A stretch of DNA of 64,000 nt, from contig OZ245892.1 of the NCBI GenBank assembly GCA_965229605.1, positions 72,102 through 136,101 of the forward strand, given 5' to 3'. Below, in pieces: positions 19,513 to 29,919 of this stretch (positions are counted from its first letter, which is position 1; every line of letters begins with the position of its first letter). The translations under genes were made by a program, and so were the position numbers. The notes under the pieces are model-generated. The model was not told where the DNA came from and did not search any database. It saw nothing but the letters and a program-made list of their open reading frames with translations. The stretch comes from Alphaproteobacteria bacterium. GTDB lineage: Bacteria > Pseudomonadota > Alphaproteobacteria > CBDDJK01.

Positions 19513-20335
19513 TATCGGGTCCGCTCAGGTGGGCGAGAGGCAGAACGCGCCATTCAGAAGAAGCGGGGTCCTGATGAAGGTGACCAATCGGAATACCGGG
19601 CGGGAGTTGTCCTCCGTCGCCTGATGTGACCACCAGTTCGCCATTCTCCAAGGGATCATCGGGGTTAAAATAGCTGATTTTCGGGTGGGGCCGATTATCG
19701 CCTGCCACAATAAAGCGGACCCGCGAATAGGGGCTGTTCAATCCCTGCGTGCGGGCAGGAATACGGCTGTTTAAATCGGTGATGGAGAGCAATTTTGAGT
19801 GATTGGGCTCTACCTGGATTATCCGCCCGATCATCGCGTTGCCATCGACAGCAATCATCCCGGGGATAACGCCCTCGGACGTGCCTTTATCCAGCAAGAA
19901 CGAGCGCACAAACACCCCGCCAGAGCCAATAACACGGGCGGTGACAAAATGTTTTTCCTGAAAGCGCGGGAAGGCAAGTAACTCCCGCAGTTGTTTATTT
20001 TCTGCGCTTAGTTCCTTATTAACGTGATCAAGGCCGGACAATGTCGCCAGCTGGTTGCGCAGTTTTGCATTTTCGGCCCGAAGATCGACCAGGCTCTGGG
20101 CATTAGACCAGAGGTTTTCTCCTGCCACGAGGGGGCTGCGCAAGGTTTCCCACACCGGCGTGAGATAATAGGCCAAAGGCGCAATCGCCCGATCATGCCA
20201 GCCGGGACTGAATCGCGCAGCCAGAATCAAGGTGAGGCCCACGCCAAGCAACAGGGCAGCCCCTGCGCCATTGGATAGCTGGCGTCGGCTTCTGGCGCGC
20301 CCTTGCGGGGCTGGAGAGGTCAGGACGGTTGACAT
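19490..20335 (-). CDS. mreC: rod shape-determining protein MreC homologue (solitary)
   Basis: N-terminal TM helix, a coiled-coil (LRAENAKLRNQLATL...ENKQLRELL) and two beta-barrel repeats with VIGRIIQV...SKLLSITD and GELVVTSGDGGQLPPGIPIG. Confidence 0.7.
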   Translation of the reverse strand: MSTVLTSPAPQGRARSRRQLSNGAGAALLLGVGLTLILAARFSPGWHDRAIAPLAYYLTPVWETLRSPLVAGENLWSNAQSLVDLRAENAKLRNQLATLSGLDHVNKELSAENKQLRELLAFPRFQEKHFVTARVIGSGGVFVRSFLLDKGTSEGVIPGMIAVDGNAMIGRIIQVEPNHSKLLSITDLNSRIPARTQGLNSPYSRVRFIVAGDNRPHPKISYFNPDDPLENGELVVTSGDGGQLPPGIPIGHLHQDPASSEWRVLPLAHLSGPDIIQLRAY

Positions 20336-20389
20336 CTTTCTATCAATGGAGTCTTTGTATCAATGGGGTTGAGTCGATTCTTTACGCCT

Positions 20390-20875
20390 TTATAGTTGCG
20401 CCAGAATAGCCTCGGCTGAAGAGACTTTAAACCCGCCGCCTTCTTCAATAGCCAAGTGGCTCACGGTTCCATCTTCAACAATCATGCCAAAGCGCTGGCT
20501 GCGCATTCCAAGCCCGGCTGCCCGCAAGTCAAGCTCCAGACCAAGCGCATGCGTGAAAGCCCCGCTGCCATCAGCCAGCATATCGACAGAATCTCCAGCA
20601 CTCTGATCCTTTCCCCATGCATCCATCACAAAAACATCGTTCACCGCCAGACAGGCGATGGCATCAACCCCTTTTTCACGGATTTTCCCGGCCAGTCCTA
20701 TAAAACCCGGCAGATGCTTGACCGAACAGGTTGGCGTAAAGGCCCCGGGGACCGCAAAAAGCACAACCTTTCTTCCCTTGAAATAATCGTCCAGATTGAC
20801 ATCTTCAGGGCCATTGACTCCCATTTTCTTAAGCATATGTCCGGCAGGAATTTTCTCGCCTGTTGAAATTGTCAT
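20390..20875 (-). CDS. peroxiredoxin (Prx5-like subfamily)
   Basis: 161 aa with FAVPGAFTPTCS, where the peroxidatic Cys sits in the PGAFTPTC context. Confidence 0.85.
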   Translation of the reverse strand: MTISTGEKIPAGHMLKKMGVNGPEDVNLDDYFKGRKVVLFAVPGAFTPTCSVKHLPGFIGLAGKIREKGVDAIACLAVNDVFVMDAWGKDQSAGDSVDMLADGSGAFTHALGLELDLRAAGLGMRSQRFGMIVEDGTVSHLAIEEGGGFKVSSAEAILAQL

Positions 20876-21052
20876 CGCAACCTCTCTTTGGGTGTGTGCA
20901 AAATGGATGATGGATTAGATTCAATCCGGAAAGAGAAACATGTACTGAACCAACTATACTTTTCACTCTCTACACTTTTTATGGCCTGAATTATAGTGAA
21001 AAATCTCAGTTGAAAGATTTCTCTGAAATTTTATGATAGCTTTGGAGGAAAA

Positions 21053-21862
21053 TCAGGCCTTTAACTTGTAACCAGAGGCAATAAGCCGATAGCAGAGGAG
21101 AAGCAAAACCACATTAACTGCGACAAGCACGCTCATCCCGGTTAGCGGGTTGGCATCTGTGTAGCCCAGAAAGCCACCACGAAATCCGTCGATCATATAG
21201 AAGAACGGGTTGAAAAAGGCCATGGACAGGAAGGGTTCAGGCAGGCGGTCGATGGAATAAAACGTGCCGGACAGGAAGGCAAAAGGCGTAATGACAAAAT
21301 TGGTGATTGCGGCCATTTGGTCGAATTTGTCGGACCATATTCCGCCGAGGAGGCCAAAAAGCGCAAGCATTAACGAGCCGAGAAAGCCAAAAGCCAGGAT
21401 CATGGGGATATTTACGATGGGCAGGTCGATAAAGACCATGATTCCGACCAGGCTGGCTGCGCCGACCAGAATTCCGCGAATAACGCCGCCAAGGGCATAG
21501 GCGGCGACAAATTCGGCGGCACTGATTGGGGGCATGAGCACATCGACGATATTTCCCTGGACTTTGGAGATCACCAGCGAGCTTGAGGTATTGGCGAAGG
21601 CATTTTGCGCCATGGACATGATGATTAGTCCGGGGGCAACGAAGCTGACAAAAGGGACGCCTTTGATGGTTTCGACGGCCCGCCCGAGGGCCAGCGAGAA
21701 AATAGCGAGGAATAGCAAGGAGGTGACCATAGGCGCGCCGACGGTCTGAACATAGATGGACAGGAAACGCTGGACTTCCTTGCGCAGCAGGCTGGCGAAG
21801 CCGATCCAGTTTACAGCCCCAAGCTGGCGCGGCATAATAACAGGCGGAGTCGGATGTGTCAT
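21053..21862 (-). CDS. ABC-2 family transporter permease
   Basis: Six predicted TM helices downstream of an ABC ATPase. The start was moved to the internal Met (MTHPTPP) to avoid a 38-bp overlap. Confidence 0.7.
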   Translation of the reverse strand: MTHPTPPVIMPRQLGAVNWIGFASLLRKEVQRFLSIYVQTVGAPMVTSLLFLAIFSLALGRAVETIKGVPFVSFVAPGLIIMSMAQNAFANTSSSLVISKVQGNIVDVLMPPISAAEFVAAYALGGVIRGILVGAASLVGIMVFIDLPIVNIPMILAFGFLGSLMLALFGLLGGIWSDKFDQMAAITNFVITPFAFLSGTFYSIDRLPEPFLSMAFFNPFFYMIDGFRGGFLGYTDANPLTGMSVLVAVNVVLLLLCYRLIASGYKLKA

Positions 21863-21869
21863 GGTCTGG

Positions 21870-22880
21870 TCAGGAGTCCCGGGTGATTTGCAGGAAAATA
21901 TCCTCAAGGTCGGTTTCGACTGTGCTCAAGTCGCGAATAGGCAGGTCGCTGGCTCCCAGCGCGCCGACAATTTCTCCGGCCCGGGTTGTGCTTGGTTTAT
22001 AGGTGATCACCAGACGAGAGTTCCCGGTTTCGTCATCCTGCTCCAGCTGGGTGTTAAATTTGCGCAGAGCCTCCGGCACCTCTTCAAGGCGAGTTGACAG
22101 TTCAACCATCATACATTTTGCATCAAGCTGCGCCAGCAAGGTCCGTTTTGATTCATTTGCAACCAGATTTCCATGGTTGATAATGGCAATCCGGTCGCAA
22201 AGCTGCTCGGCCTCTTCCAGATAATGAGTGGTCAGCAGAACCGTTGTGCCTTGTGCATTCAACATGCGCACATTGTCCCAAAGCTGGCGGCGCAATTCAA
22301 TATCCACTCCCGCCGTTGGCTCATCCAGCACCAGCACCGGCGGGTTATGGACAAGTGCCTTGGCAATCAGCAAACGCCGCCGCATTCCGCCTGAAAGGGC
22401 GCGGGCATAGGCCTTGCGCTTGTCATGAAGCCCGACCAGCTTTAAAATTTCATCACTGCGGCGTTCAGACTTCGGGACTCCGTAAAGCCCGGCCTGCACT
22501 TCAAGCAATTCATAGGGCGTGAAAAAAGGATCAATATTCAATTCCTGCGGCACAACCCCGATGGCAGCACGGGCCTGACGCGGGTTGTCAATAATATCAT
22601 AGCCCCAGATTCTGGCCTGCCCCGATGATTTGACAACCAGCCCGGCCAGAATATTGATAAAGGTTGATTTCCCGGCTCCATTTGGTCCCAGCAGACCGAA
22701 AAGACTGCCGCGCGGGATTTTAAGGTCAATGGAATCAAGGGCTTTTACCGGCTTCTTTTCATCCGCCGCTTTGCCACGCGGCTTATAGGTTTTGGTCAGG
22801 CCTTCAACTTCAATCGCATAATCAGGGATATCCTGTTGTGAGGCTGTCTCTTTAGAAATAGAAGTGCCAAACATGATCAA
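21870..22880 (-). CDS. ABC transporter ATP-binding protein (ABC-2 exporter type)
   Basis: Walker A GPNGAGKST, signature LSGGMRRRL and Walker B LVLDEPTAG, with a C-terminal extension. Confidence 0.85.
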   Translation of the reverse strand: MIMFGTSISKETASQQDIPDYAIEVEGLTKTYKPRGKAADEKKPVKALDSIDLKIPRGSLFGLLGPNGAGKSTFINILAGLVVKSSGQARIWGYDIIDNPRQARAAIGVVPQELNIDPFFTPYELLEVQAGLYGVPKSERRSDEILKLVGLHDKRKAYARALSGGMRRRLLIAKALVHNPPVLVLDEPTAGVDIELRRQLWDNVRMLNAQGTTVLLTTHYLEEAEQLCDRIAIINHGNLVANESKRTLLAQLDAKCMMVELSTRLEEVPEALRKFNTQLEQDDETGNSRLVITYKPSTTRAGEIVGALGASDLPIRDLSTVETDLEDIFLQITRDS

Positions 22881-23410
22881 TTCTCTTTAAGGCGGGGCAG
22901 AAGCTCGGCAAAATTGCAGGGCCGATGGCGGCTGTCCAGCTGGTCTTTTAAAATATGTTCCCACCCATCGCGGCAAGCACTGGGTGATCCCGGCAGGCAA
23001 AAAATATAGGTGCCTGTGCAGACCCCAGCTGTTGCCCGGCTCTGGACCGTGGAACTGCCAATCTTTTGTGCGCTGATCACCCGAAAATATTCCCCAAACC
23101 CGGGGATTTCCTTTTCGGCAACCTGTTGCAGGGCCTCTGGTGTGACATCACGACCCGTAAGACCCGTGCCCCCGGTGCTTACAATGACATCAATATCTTC
23201 TTGTGCGCTCCAGCTTGCAAACAGATCAGCAATCTGGTCCCTGTCATCTTTGATCACGGCTCTTTTGGCAAGATGATGGCCTGCGGCTTCAAGATTGTCC
23301 TGCAAAACCTGCCCGGAAGTATCCTCAGCCAGAGAGCGGCTGTCTGAAACCGTCAGGACGGCAATATTTAACGGTTTGAAGACGCGCGTTGTATCAATCG
23401 GCATCAGCAC
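22877..23410 (-). CDS. moaB: molybdenum cofactor biosynthesis protein MoaB/MogA family
   Basis: IAVLTVSDSRS...DVIVSTGGTGLTGRDVTPEA...GSPSA motifs. Confidence 0.8.
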   Translation of the reverse strand: MLMPIDTTRVFKPLNIAVLTVSDSRSLAEDTSGQVLQDNLEAAGHHLAKRAVIKDDRDQIADLFASWSAQEDIDVIVSTGGTGLTGRDVTPEALQQVAEKEIPGFGEYFRVISAQKIGSSTVQSRATAGVCTGTYIFCLPGSPSACRDGWEHILKDQLDSRHRPCNFAELLPRLKEN

Positions 23411-23419
23411 ATGCAGAGG

Positions 23420-23644
23420 TTATTTCTGAAGCCCGAAATTGGCAAAACGCTTGTTAAAGCGGGCAAGCCGTCCGCCTTCAAGCACGCGACCATGACCGCC
23501 AACCCAGGCCGGGTGGCCGGATGGGTCAATATCCAGGCGCAGGACATCGCCAGCTTTCCCCCAGGTCGAGCGGGTTTTATAGCTTGATCCGTCTGTCAGA
23601 AGGACCGTAATTTCATGATAGTCGGGGTGGATATCAGCTTTCAT
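23420..23644 (-). CDS. rpmE: 50S ribosomal protein L31 (Cys-less form)
   Basis: [12 protein letters not shown]... is the canonical L31 N-terminus. It has no CxxC pairs, so it is not a zinc-ribbon form. Confidence 0.9.
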   Translation of the reverse strand: MKADIHPDYHEITVLLTDGSSYKTRSTWGKAGDVLRLDIDPSGHPAWVGGHGRVLEGGRLARFNKRFANFGLQK

Positions 23645-23770
23645 CAGTCTATTCCATCATAGAGTTTTATGCGCACAGAGTTTATTCAGCAGCGTTTTAT
23701 TTTGTCTGGCTACGCTATTTTATTTTTGTTTGGCTACGCCATATAGGATGATTGGGTAGCTTGCAAGCCG

Positions 23771-24988
23771 TTAAGTCACCTGCTGGCTGGCTGCAAAGAA
23801 ATTTTTAATGGACAGAGCATAGATTTCCGCCAGTTTATGGTAATTTTCAACGGCGACAGCTTCGTCAATCTGGTGCATGGTGCGCCCGACCAGGCCAAAG
23901 TCAATGACCGGACAATAGGCCTTGATAAAGCGTGAATCAGAGGTCCCGCCTGATGTGCTAAGCTCCGGGGTTTTGCCGATGATAGTGTGGCAGGCATCGC
24001 CAATGGCTTGGGAGAGCAGGCCGGGTTCGGTCAAGAAACTTTCGCCAGAGACACGAATAGACAGGCTTATGCGTCCATCCTGCATGGCCTGCGGGTCTGC
24101 GGATTCGTCTATGGATTTAAGGGTTTTGCGCAGCAAGTCTTCCAGTGTTTTTCCGCTGTGCAGATCATTGAAGCGGATATTGAAACAGGCTTTGGCCATG
24201 GCCGGGATGATATTGGTGACCGGGTTGCCAATATCGATGGAGCTTATTGCCAGGGTTGAGGGGTCAAAAAATGCGCTGCCATCATCAAGATGTAAATCAA
24301 GCAGGGCCTGGCAGGCGCGGACAAGGCGATGAGCCGCATTGTCAGCCAGATGCGGATAGCCGGTATGGCCCTGGGTTCCACGAACAGTGATCTCGCCATT
24401 CAAACTGCCGCGCCGTCCAATTTTCATGGCATCGCCAAGATGGTGCGGGTTGGTAGGCTCCCCGGTGATACAGGCATCCAGCTTTTCCCCTTGTGCTGCC
24501 AGGGCCTCCAGAACCGGCTTTGTCCCGTTATGGGCCGGACCTTCTTCATCGCCGGTAATCAACAAGCTGAGGCAGCCGGGAGCCGTCCAGCCTTCCTGAT
24601 CCAGCTGGGCGATAGCCGCGATATAACAGGCGATCCCGCCTTTCATATCGGCAGACCCCCGGCCATAGAGATAGCCATCCCGGATTTCCCCGGCAAAAGG
24701 CGGCAACGACCAGGCGTTCTCGTCTCCGGGCGGGACAACATCGCTATGGCCTGCAAAACACAGATTAGGCGCGCTTTTGCCTTTTCTAACCCCGCGCGAT
24801 GCATAAAGATTGGCAACCCGGTCCTCGCCGCTGCCAAAATCCAGCCGCTGGCAGGAAAACCCCAGCGTGTTTAGCCAGTTTTCAATAGATTCAATGCCCT
24901 TCCCCTGATCGGGGGTGACGGTTTCAATCCCGATTAAAGCCTGAGCCAGCGCGACCGGATCGGCAAGATCAGTCACGCAGGAGGTCAT
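23771..24988 (-). CDS. dapE: succinyl-diaminopimelate desuccinylase
   Basis: M20 peptidase family with [17 protein letters not shown] and a dimerisation-domain insert. Adjacent to dapD. Confidence 0.85.
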   Translation of the reverse strand: MTSCVTDLADPVALAQALIGIETVTPDQGKGIESIENWLNTLGFSCQRLDFGSGEDRVANLYASRGVRKGKSAPNLCFAGHSDVVPPGDENAWSLPPFAGEIRDGYLYGRGSADMKGGIACYIAAIAQLDQEGWTAPGCLSLLITGDEEGPAHNGTKPVLEALAAQGEKLDACITGEPTNPHHLGDAMKIGRRGSLNGEITVRGTQGHTGYPHLADNAAHRLVRACQALLDLHLDDGSAFFDPSTLAISSIDIGNPVTNIIPAMAKACFNIRFNDLHSGKTLEDLLRKTLKSIDESADPQAMQDGRISLSIRVSGESFLTEPGLLSQAIGDACHTIIGKTPELSTSGGTSDSRFIKAYCPVIDFGLVGRTMHQIDEAVAVENYHKLAEIYALSIKNFFAASQQVT

Positions 24989-25808
24989 TTATGGAGGTCT
25001 TGGCCCGGGTTTTCGCATCGACGCGTTTGACGATCACCGCGCAGTAAAGATTGGGGCCGGGCTGTCCATTCGCCAAAGGCTTGCCGGGCAGGGTCCCCGG
25101 CACAACAACCGAATAGGCCGGGACCCGTCCTTGCAGAATATCCCCGCTTTCCCGGTCGACAATCTTGGTCGAAGCCCCGATATAAACCCCCATGGAGAGA
25201 ACCGCGCCTTCTTCAACCACCACGCCTTCGGCAACTTCGGCCCGCGCGCCAATAAAGCAATTATCCTCAATCACCACCGGCCCGGCCTGCAAAGGCTCCA
25301 GCACGCCGCCAATGCCAGCCCCGCCAGAAATATGAACATTTTTACCAATTTGTGCGCAAGAGCCAACCGTTGCCCAGGTATCAACCATGGTGCCGCTGTC
25401 CACATAGGCCCCCAGATTGACAAAACTTGGCATCAAAATAACACCCGGCGCAATATAGGCCGAATGGCGGACAATACAGTTTGGCACCGCCCGCAGCCCG
25501 GCTTCGGCAAAACGGTCTGTATCCCATCCGGCAAATTTATTCTCGACCTTGTCCCACCAGAAGGCCCCGCCCGGCCCGCCGTCAATCCGGCGCATGGGAT
25601 TAAGCCTGAACGACAGAAGCACTGCCATTTTCAGCCATTGATTGACCTGCCAGCCGGAAGCGGTTTTTTCAGCCACCCGCAATTTACCAGAATCAAGCGC
25701 ATCCAGCGCGGCCTCAACCGCCCGGCGTATGTCCTGATTATCTTCGGTGAGTTTATCGCGCTCGGCAAAAGCTGTTTCGATGGTGGCCTGCATCTGGTCA
25801 GTCTGCAT
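24969..25808 (-). CDS. dapD: 2,3,4,5-tetrahydropyridine-2,6-dicarboxylate N-succinyltransferase
   Basis: Left-handed beta-helix hexapeptide repeats and a DapD-type N-terminal helical domain. Confidence 0.9.
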   Translation of the reverse strand: MQTDQMQATIETAFAERDKLTEDNQDIRRAVEAALDALDSGKLRVAEKTASGWQVNQWLKMAVLLSFRLNPMRRIDGGPGGAFWWDKVENKFAGWDTDRFAEAGLRAVPNCIVRHSAYIAPGVILMPSFVNLGAYVDSGTMVDTWATVGSCAQIGKNVHISGGAGIGGVLEPLQAGPVVIEDNCFIGARAEVAEGVVVEEGAVLSMGVYIGASTKIVDRESGDILQGRVPAYSVVVPGTLPGKPLANGQPGPNLYCAVIVKRVDAKTRAKTSINDLLRD

Positions 25809-25840
25809 TTTGTCCTCTCTGGTTGGTCCTTTGAAAAATG

Positions 25841-26305
25841 TTAGTTTGCATCCTCGGCAATCAAAAAGATGGCGCGGCCAAACAGGTCTTCCAGCGAAAT
25901 GGCGTCTTGCGTCTGGACAATCATATCGCCGGGGGCAAGCAGGTTTTCTGCCGGAGCATTTATTTGACCCCGCACCAGATCAAGATATTGCCCGCCCAGG
26001 ATTCCATCATTGAGAATTGCAAGCCGGGAGTCATCAGGAATAGAAATCTTTTCATCAATCGTCAGGGTTACAACCGCCTGATACAGTTCCGGGTCCAGCG
26101 CAATCGCGGTGACGGTGCCAACCGGGACTCCGCCAATCCGCACGTCCGCCCCGCGCCGCAAGCCATCGGCAGCATTAAAGCGGGCCTGATACTGGACGCC
26201 CGTGTCAGTGGATTGTTTGCCAGCCAGCAAGGCCCCTGCCAGAAAAAACCCGGCAACCACCAGCACGACCATGCCCATGACGGCTTCAATGGCATTGCGT
26301 TTCAT
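25841..26305 (-). CDS. MCE-domain protein (MlaD-like), paralogue 1
   Basis: N-terminal TM anchor plus a single MCE domain ([18 protein letters not shown]...AVVTLTID). Confidence 0.75.
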   Translation of the reverse strand: MKRNAIEAVMGMVVLVVAGFFLAGALLAGKQSTDTGVQYQARFNAADGLRRGADVRIGGVPVGTVTAIALDPELYQAVVTLTIDEKISIPDDSRLAILNDGILGGQYLDLVRGQINAPAENLLAPGDMIVQTQDAISLEDLFGRAIFLIAEDAN

Positions 26306-26325
26306 CGCGTTTGATCCTTTTACTC

Positions 26326-26802
26326 TTATTGAGAGTTTGGAGACTGGCGGGCGGCTTCGGCCCGCTCCAGCACCAGAGTCAGCAGATTATCCAGCACGAT
26401 GGCAGGCTGGGTAAATTCAAAGTGATCGCCGTCTTCAAGAACTTCAAAGTCGCCGCCGGGAATGATTGAAAGATATTTGCCGCCAAAAAGCCCGGCCGAG
26501 ATAATTTTAATCGAGCTGTCATAGGGGATATCGATTGCCTTGTCTATTTGAAGGACAGCTTCCGGTCGTTCAGTTTCGGGGGAAAGGCGAACAGATTGCA
26601 CGGTGCCGACGTCAATACCGGCCAGCATGACCGGGCTGCCAGCCGCAATCCCGTCAAGGCGCAGAAACTGGGCAAGCAGCTGATAGCTGTTTTGATTGCC
26701 GCCTTTATTGGCGGAGAACTGCCCGCTGAAAAAGACCAGCCCGATCAGCCCAAGGGTCAGGCACAGTCCGATCAGAAGGTGCCGTTTTTCTTCCAGACGC
26801 AT
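26326..26802 (-). CDS. MCE-domain protein (MlaD-like), paralogue 2
   Basis: Same architecture as the adjacent gene (VMLAGIDVGTVQSVRLSPE...AVLQIDK). Confidence 0.75.
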   Translation of the reverse strand: MRLEEKRHLLIGLCLTLGLIGLVFFSGQFSANKGGNQNSYQLLAQFLRLDGIAAGSPVMLAGIDVGTVQSVRLSPETERPEAVLQIDKAIDIPYDSSIKIISAGLFGGKYLSIIPGGDFEVLEDGDHFEFTQPAIVLDNLLTLVLERAEAARQSPNSQ

Positions 26803-26831
26803 CAGGCTTTAGCCTTTAAATGGAAGGCCGC

Positions 26832-27209
26832 TCATTTGGCTTTTGCGGGATTTGTTGGCTTCCAGGCTTGATAATCGCCAGTCGCCTTGGGACGCTGTGA
26901 CTCTTGATAAAGATGGCCAGAAGGCCGCCAGGCGCGGGCATCGCCGGTATAATTAGGCTCCCGCTTTTTTTGCCATCTATGCGAAAAATCCTCATTTGCC
27001 GGAAAATCCTCAGCCGTATAATGCAGCCAGTTATAATGGCTTGTCGGGATCAGGCTGGGCTCGGCATCCTTTCCGGCATAGACAATCCACCGCCGCCGCC
27101 GTCCTGTGGCCGGAGCCCGTTTGTGCTGGTAATAACGATTGCCGTGCGAATCTACGCCAACCAGTTGCCCGCTTAAAAATGTGATGAGCCGCGTTATTGC
27201 GTTCGCCAT
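26832..27209 (-). CDS. NDUFA12-family (NADH:ubiquinone oxidoreductase 17.2-kDa subunit-like) protein
   Basis: MANAITRLITFLSGQLVGVDSHGNRYYQ...W.Y matches the bacterial NDUFA12-like family. Confidence 0.7.
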   Translation of the reverse strand: MANAITRLITFLSGQLVGVDSHGNRYYQHKRAPATGRRRRWIVYAGKDAEPSLIPTSHYNWLHYTAEDFPANEDFSHRWQKKREPNYTGDARAWRPSGHLYQESQRPKATGDYQAWKPTNPAKAK

Positions 27210-27232
27210 TTTATCCTCGTTTACTTATTCTA

Positions 27233-28549
27233 TTACTTGCGTAAAAAATTTGGTACCTGATTGGTACTGCCAAAGGGAATATTCTCGGCGGGGATCAGGT
27301 CTGTGGTTTCTTTGGTCGCTCTTCTCGCTGGGTTTTCAGATTTAGGCTGTTTTTCTTGAGGTTTTTTTCGTTCAGGATGGACTGTTCCCGCTTTTGAAAC
27401 AGGCCCCGCTTTTGAAACAGGAATAGACCGGCCTGTCAATTCTTCTATCGCCCCGATAAATTTATCATCAAGCGGGGTGGCAAATGTAATGGCGGTGCCG
27501 GTGCGCCCGGCCCGTCCGGTGCGGCCAATGCGATGGACATAATCTTCAGGATGAGTCGGCACATCATAATTGATGACATGGCTGACGGACGGGATATCAA
27601 GACCCCGCGCCGCAACATCGGAACAGACCAGAATACGCACCCGCCCGGCCTTAAAATCCTCAAGACAAGCCAGACGGCGGTATTGATCCATATCGCCATG
27701 CAAAGCCCCGGCAGCCACCCCCTGTTTGCTCAAGGCGGTGGCCAGATTGGCAGTCTCGCGCTTGCGGTTACAAAAAATCAGGGCATTATCAATATCTGAA
27801 TCATCCAGGATCGCATCCAGGGCCCCGCGCTTCTTGCGGCTATCCTGCAAATGAACAAGCGATTGCGTGATCCGGTCAACCGGAGTCGCTGGCGGAGCCA
27901 CCGTGATTTCCCGCGGGCTGTTCAGGAATTTTTCCGCCAGCTTGCGAATTTCAGGCGGCATGGTGGCAGAAAACATCAAGGTTTGGCGTTGCGGCGGCAC
28001 CATGCCTAAAATACGCTCGACATCCGGGATAAAGCCCATGTCCAGCATCCGGTCGGCTTCATCAATAATGAAAATCTGAACATCGCCGAGCAGGACTTTT
28101 CCGCGTGAAATATGGTCAAGCAACCGTCCCGGCGTAGCAATCAGGACATCGACCCCGCGATTGAGTTTTGCATCCTGTTCGCCAAAAGCAACCCCGCCGA
28201 TCAAAAGCGCCATGGTCAGGTTTTGATATTTGCCATAGCGTTCAAAATTATCCGCAATCTGTGCGGCCAGCTCCCGGGTTGGCGTGATAATGACCGAACG
28301 TGGCATCCGTGCCTTTGCCCGTCCCCCGGCCAGGATATCCAGCATTGGCAGCGTGAAAGAGGCAGTCTTTCCAGTCCCGGTTTGCGCACAGCCCAGAATA
28401 TCGCGCTGCATCAAAATCGCCGGAATCGCCTTGGTCTGAATCGGGGTTGGCTCTTGATAGCCGGATTCTTGAAGGGCCTGTAAAAGCGGCTCACTTAACC
28501 CTAAATCGTAAAACCCGCCCTGTTGAATGCTGCTGTCGTTCATCCGCAA
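27233..28549 (-). CDS. rhlE: DEAD-box ATP-dependent RNA helicase
   Basis: Q motif, AQTGTGKT, PTRELA, DEAD, SAT and HRIGRTGRAG, plus a basic C-terminal tail. Confidence 0.9.
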   Translation of the reverse strand: MRMNDSSIQQGGFYDLGLSEPLLQALQESGYQEPTPIQTKAIPAILMQRDILGCAQTGTGKTASFTLPMLDILAGGRAKARMPRSVIITPTRELAAQIADNFERYGKYQNLTMALLIGGVAFGEQDAKLNRGVDVLIATPGRLLDHISRGKVLLGDVQIFIIDEADRMLDMGFIPDVERILGMVPPQRQTLMFSATMPPEIRKLAEKFLNSPREITVAPPATPVDRITQSLVHLQDSRKKRGALDAILDDSDIDNALIFCNRKRETANLATALSKQGVAAGALHGDMDQYRRLACLEDFKAGRVRILVCSDVAARGLDIPSVSHVINYDVPTHPEDYVHRIGRTGRAGRTGTAITFATPLDDKFIGAIEELTGRSIPVSKAGPVSKAGTVHPERKKPQEKQPKSENPARRATKETTDLIPAENIPFGSTNQVPNFLRK

Positions 28550-28557
28550 ATCCAGGC

Positions 28558-29793
28558 TTAAGCAGCGGTTTTTGTATTGCTGGAATCCTGATCACAAATA
28601 ACTTTCATGGCCAGCAATTCATCCAGAATATGGTCACAGTCACTGCCCGGCAAATGGGCAAACTGATCCATAAAATCGGCACGGGAGAAATTCTTTTTCT
28701 GAACCACCCAGCGGGTTGTATCCACCCGGTTGGGGGGAATGGCGATGGTGCCGCCGGGTCCTGTCAGCCGGACCTGGCCTTTATCCTCGGAAATTGTAAA
28801 ACCACCGGTCAGAGCAAATTTTCTGTCAGCAATTTGCACGGGAAGCGAAATCCCGCCGCGTGGATAGCGCCAGTTTTGCTGCCAGGCCGTAATATCCTGT
28901 GCAAATTCGGGGCTTTCTGCCAGCGAAAGAAAAGTCTGTCCAAGGGTGCGCAGGTGGTTTTGCAAGGCTTTCACCCCGTCTTGCGTGCGCGGCAGGTTTT
29001 GGCGGAAGAGGCTTTGATCAACCAGTCGATCAGCGGCAAGCTCCAGTATATCAAGGCCAATCACCGAGGTCACCCCGAAAGCGATATGGACAGTCCCGTC
29101 GGAGGAAGCGAGCGCATCATGATATTGCCCGCGCGGGATATAAAGCAAATCGCCGGGCTGCAAGGTGACATCAAGTGCGATATCGCCGCGCCGTTGTTCG
29201 TGGGCTTTATCGCTATGAATATTGGGGGTATAGCGGCGGTGGCGGATGGGCCAGTCATCGCGCTGATGATAGACTTTCCAGCGTTTTTGCCCCAGAACAT
29301 GCAGGGCAAAGACATCATGGGTATCATAATGGCTGTTGAAGGCTTGCCGTTGCCGCCAGGAACAATAGAGGTTAGCCTGTGCCTTGCCATCAAGAGCATC
29401 TTCAAGGATTCCTGAAACCCGGCGCAGGCCGGGGGTTAAACAATCAATATCATTGGCAATCAGGGAGGCTCCGCGCTCCAGCCAGCCCATAACCCGCTGT
29501 GCAACGGGCTGCATCTGGGTCTGTTTGTTGCGATCAGGGGTTGGCTGGCAATATTCTGCGGGCGGCAGGAGTTGGCGGTCAAGGACCAGTTGCAAGCTGC
29601 TGCCGGACCAGATGACATTCTGGTTCAGCATATCGCTTAGTCCCTGCCAGTCGGGGAGTTCGGCTATTTTATCGATTTTTTTAGCAGAGTCTTTTGCCGG
29701 GATATAAAGCGGCTTTTTGCCATAATAGTCTGCAAAGAATGTTGCGGGGTCGATTGGCGCGATAAGGTCTGCAAAAGTGGCTGGTATTTTCAT
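28558..29793 (-). CDS. cupin-4/JmjC-domain 2-oxoglutarate oxygenase (ribosomal oxygenase RoxA/YcfD-like)
   Basis: HYDTHDVFALHVLGQKRWKV and PGDLLYIPRGQYHDA align to the HxD...H facial triad region of YcfD-type ribosomal hydroxylases. Confidence 0.7.
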   Translation of the reverse strand: MKIPATFADLIAPIDPATFFADYYGKKPLYIPAKDSAKKIDKIAELPDWQGLSDMLNQNVIWSGSSLQLVLDRQLLPPAEYCQPTPDRNKQTQMQPVAQRVMGWLERGASLIANDIDCLTPGLRRVSGILEDALDGKAQANLYCSWRQRQAFNSHYDTHDVFALHVLGQKRWKVYHQRDDWPIRHRRYTPNIHSDKAHEQRRGDIALDVTLQPGDLLYIPRGQYHDALASSDGTVHIAFGVTSVIGLDILELAADRLVDQSLFRQNLPRTQDGVKALQNHLRTLGQTFLSLAESPEFAQDITAWQQNWRYPRGGISLPVQIADRKFALTGGFTISEDKGQVRLTGPGGTIAIPPNRVDTTRWVVQKKNFSRADFMDQFAHLPGSDCDHILDELLAMKVICDQDSSNTKTAA

Positions 29794-29841
29794 ATGCTTG
29801 TCTATAGCGGAGTTTTAACGCCGATAAAAGGATAATTCCGA

Positions 29842-29853
29842 GGGTCAGGACCC
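29842..29853. repeat. copy 3 of the 12-bp palindrome GGGTCAGGACCC (perfect)
   Basis: Direct read. It lies in the divergent promoter region between the cupin-4 gene and gltX. Confidence 0.6.
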
Positions 29854-29919
29854 TAATGATAGACATTTTGCCTCAAGTATCATAAAGCAGAGCCTGTTTT
29901 ATTTTGCCGAAGAGGTTTT

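Noticed and set aside
20876-21052. Inverted repeat CTTTTCACT...AGTGAAAAA upstream of the peroxiredoxin gene, as a peroxide-regulator site.
   Set aside because: It is only about 9 bp and imperfect. It is not repeated elsewhere and falls below what I would call without a genome-wide comparison.
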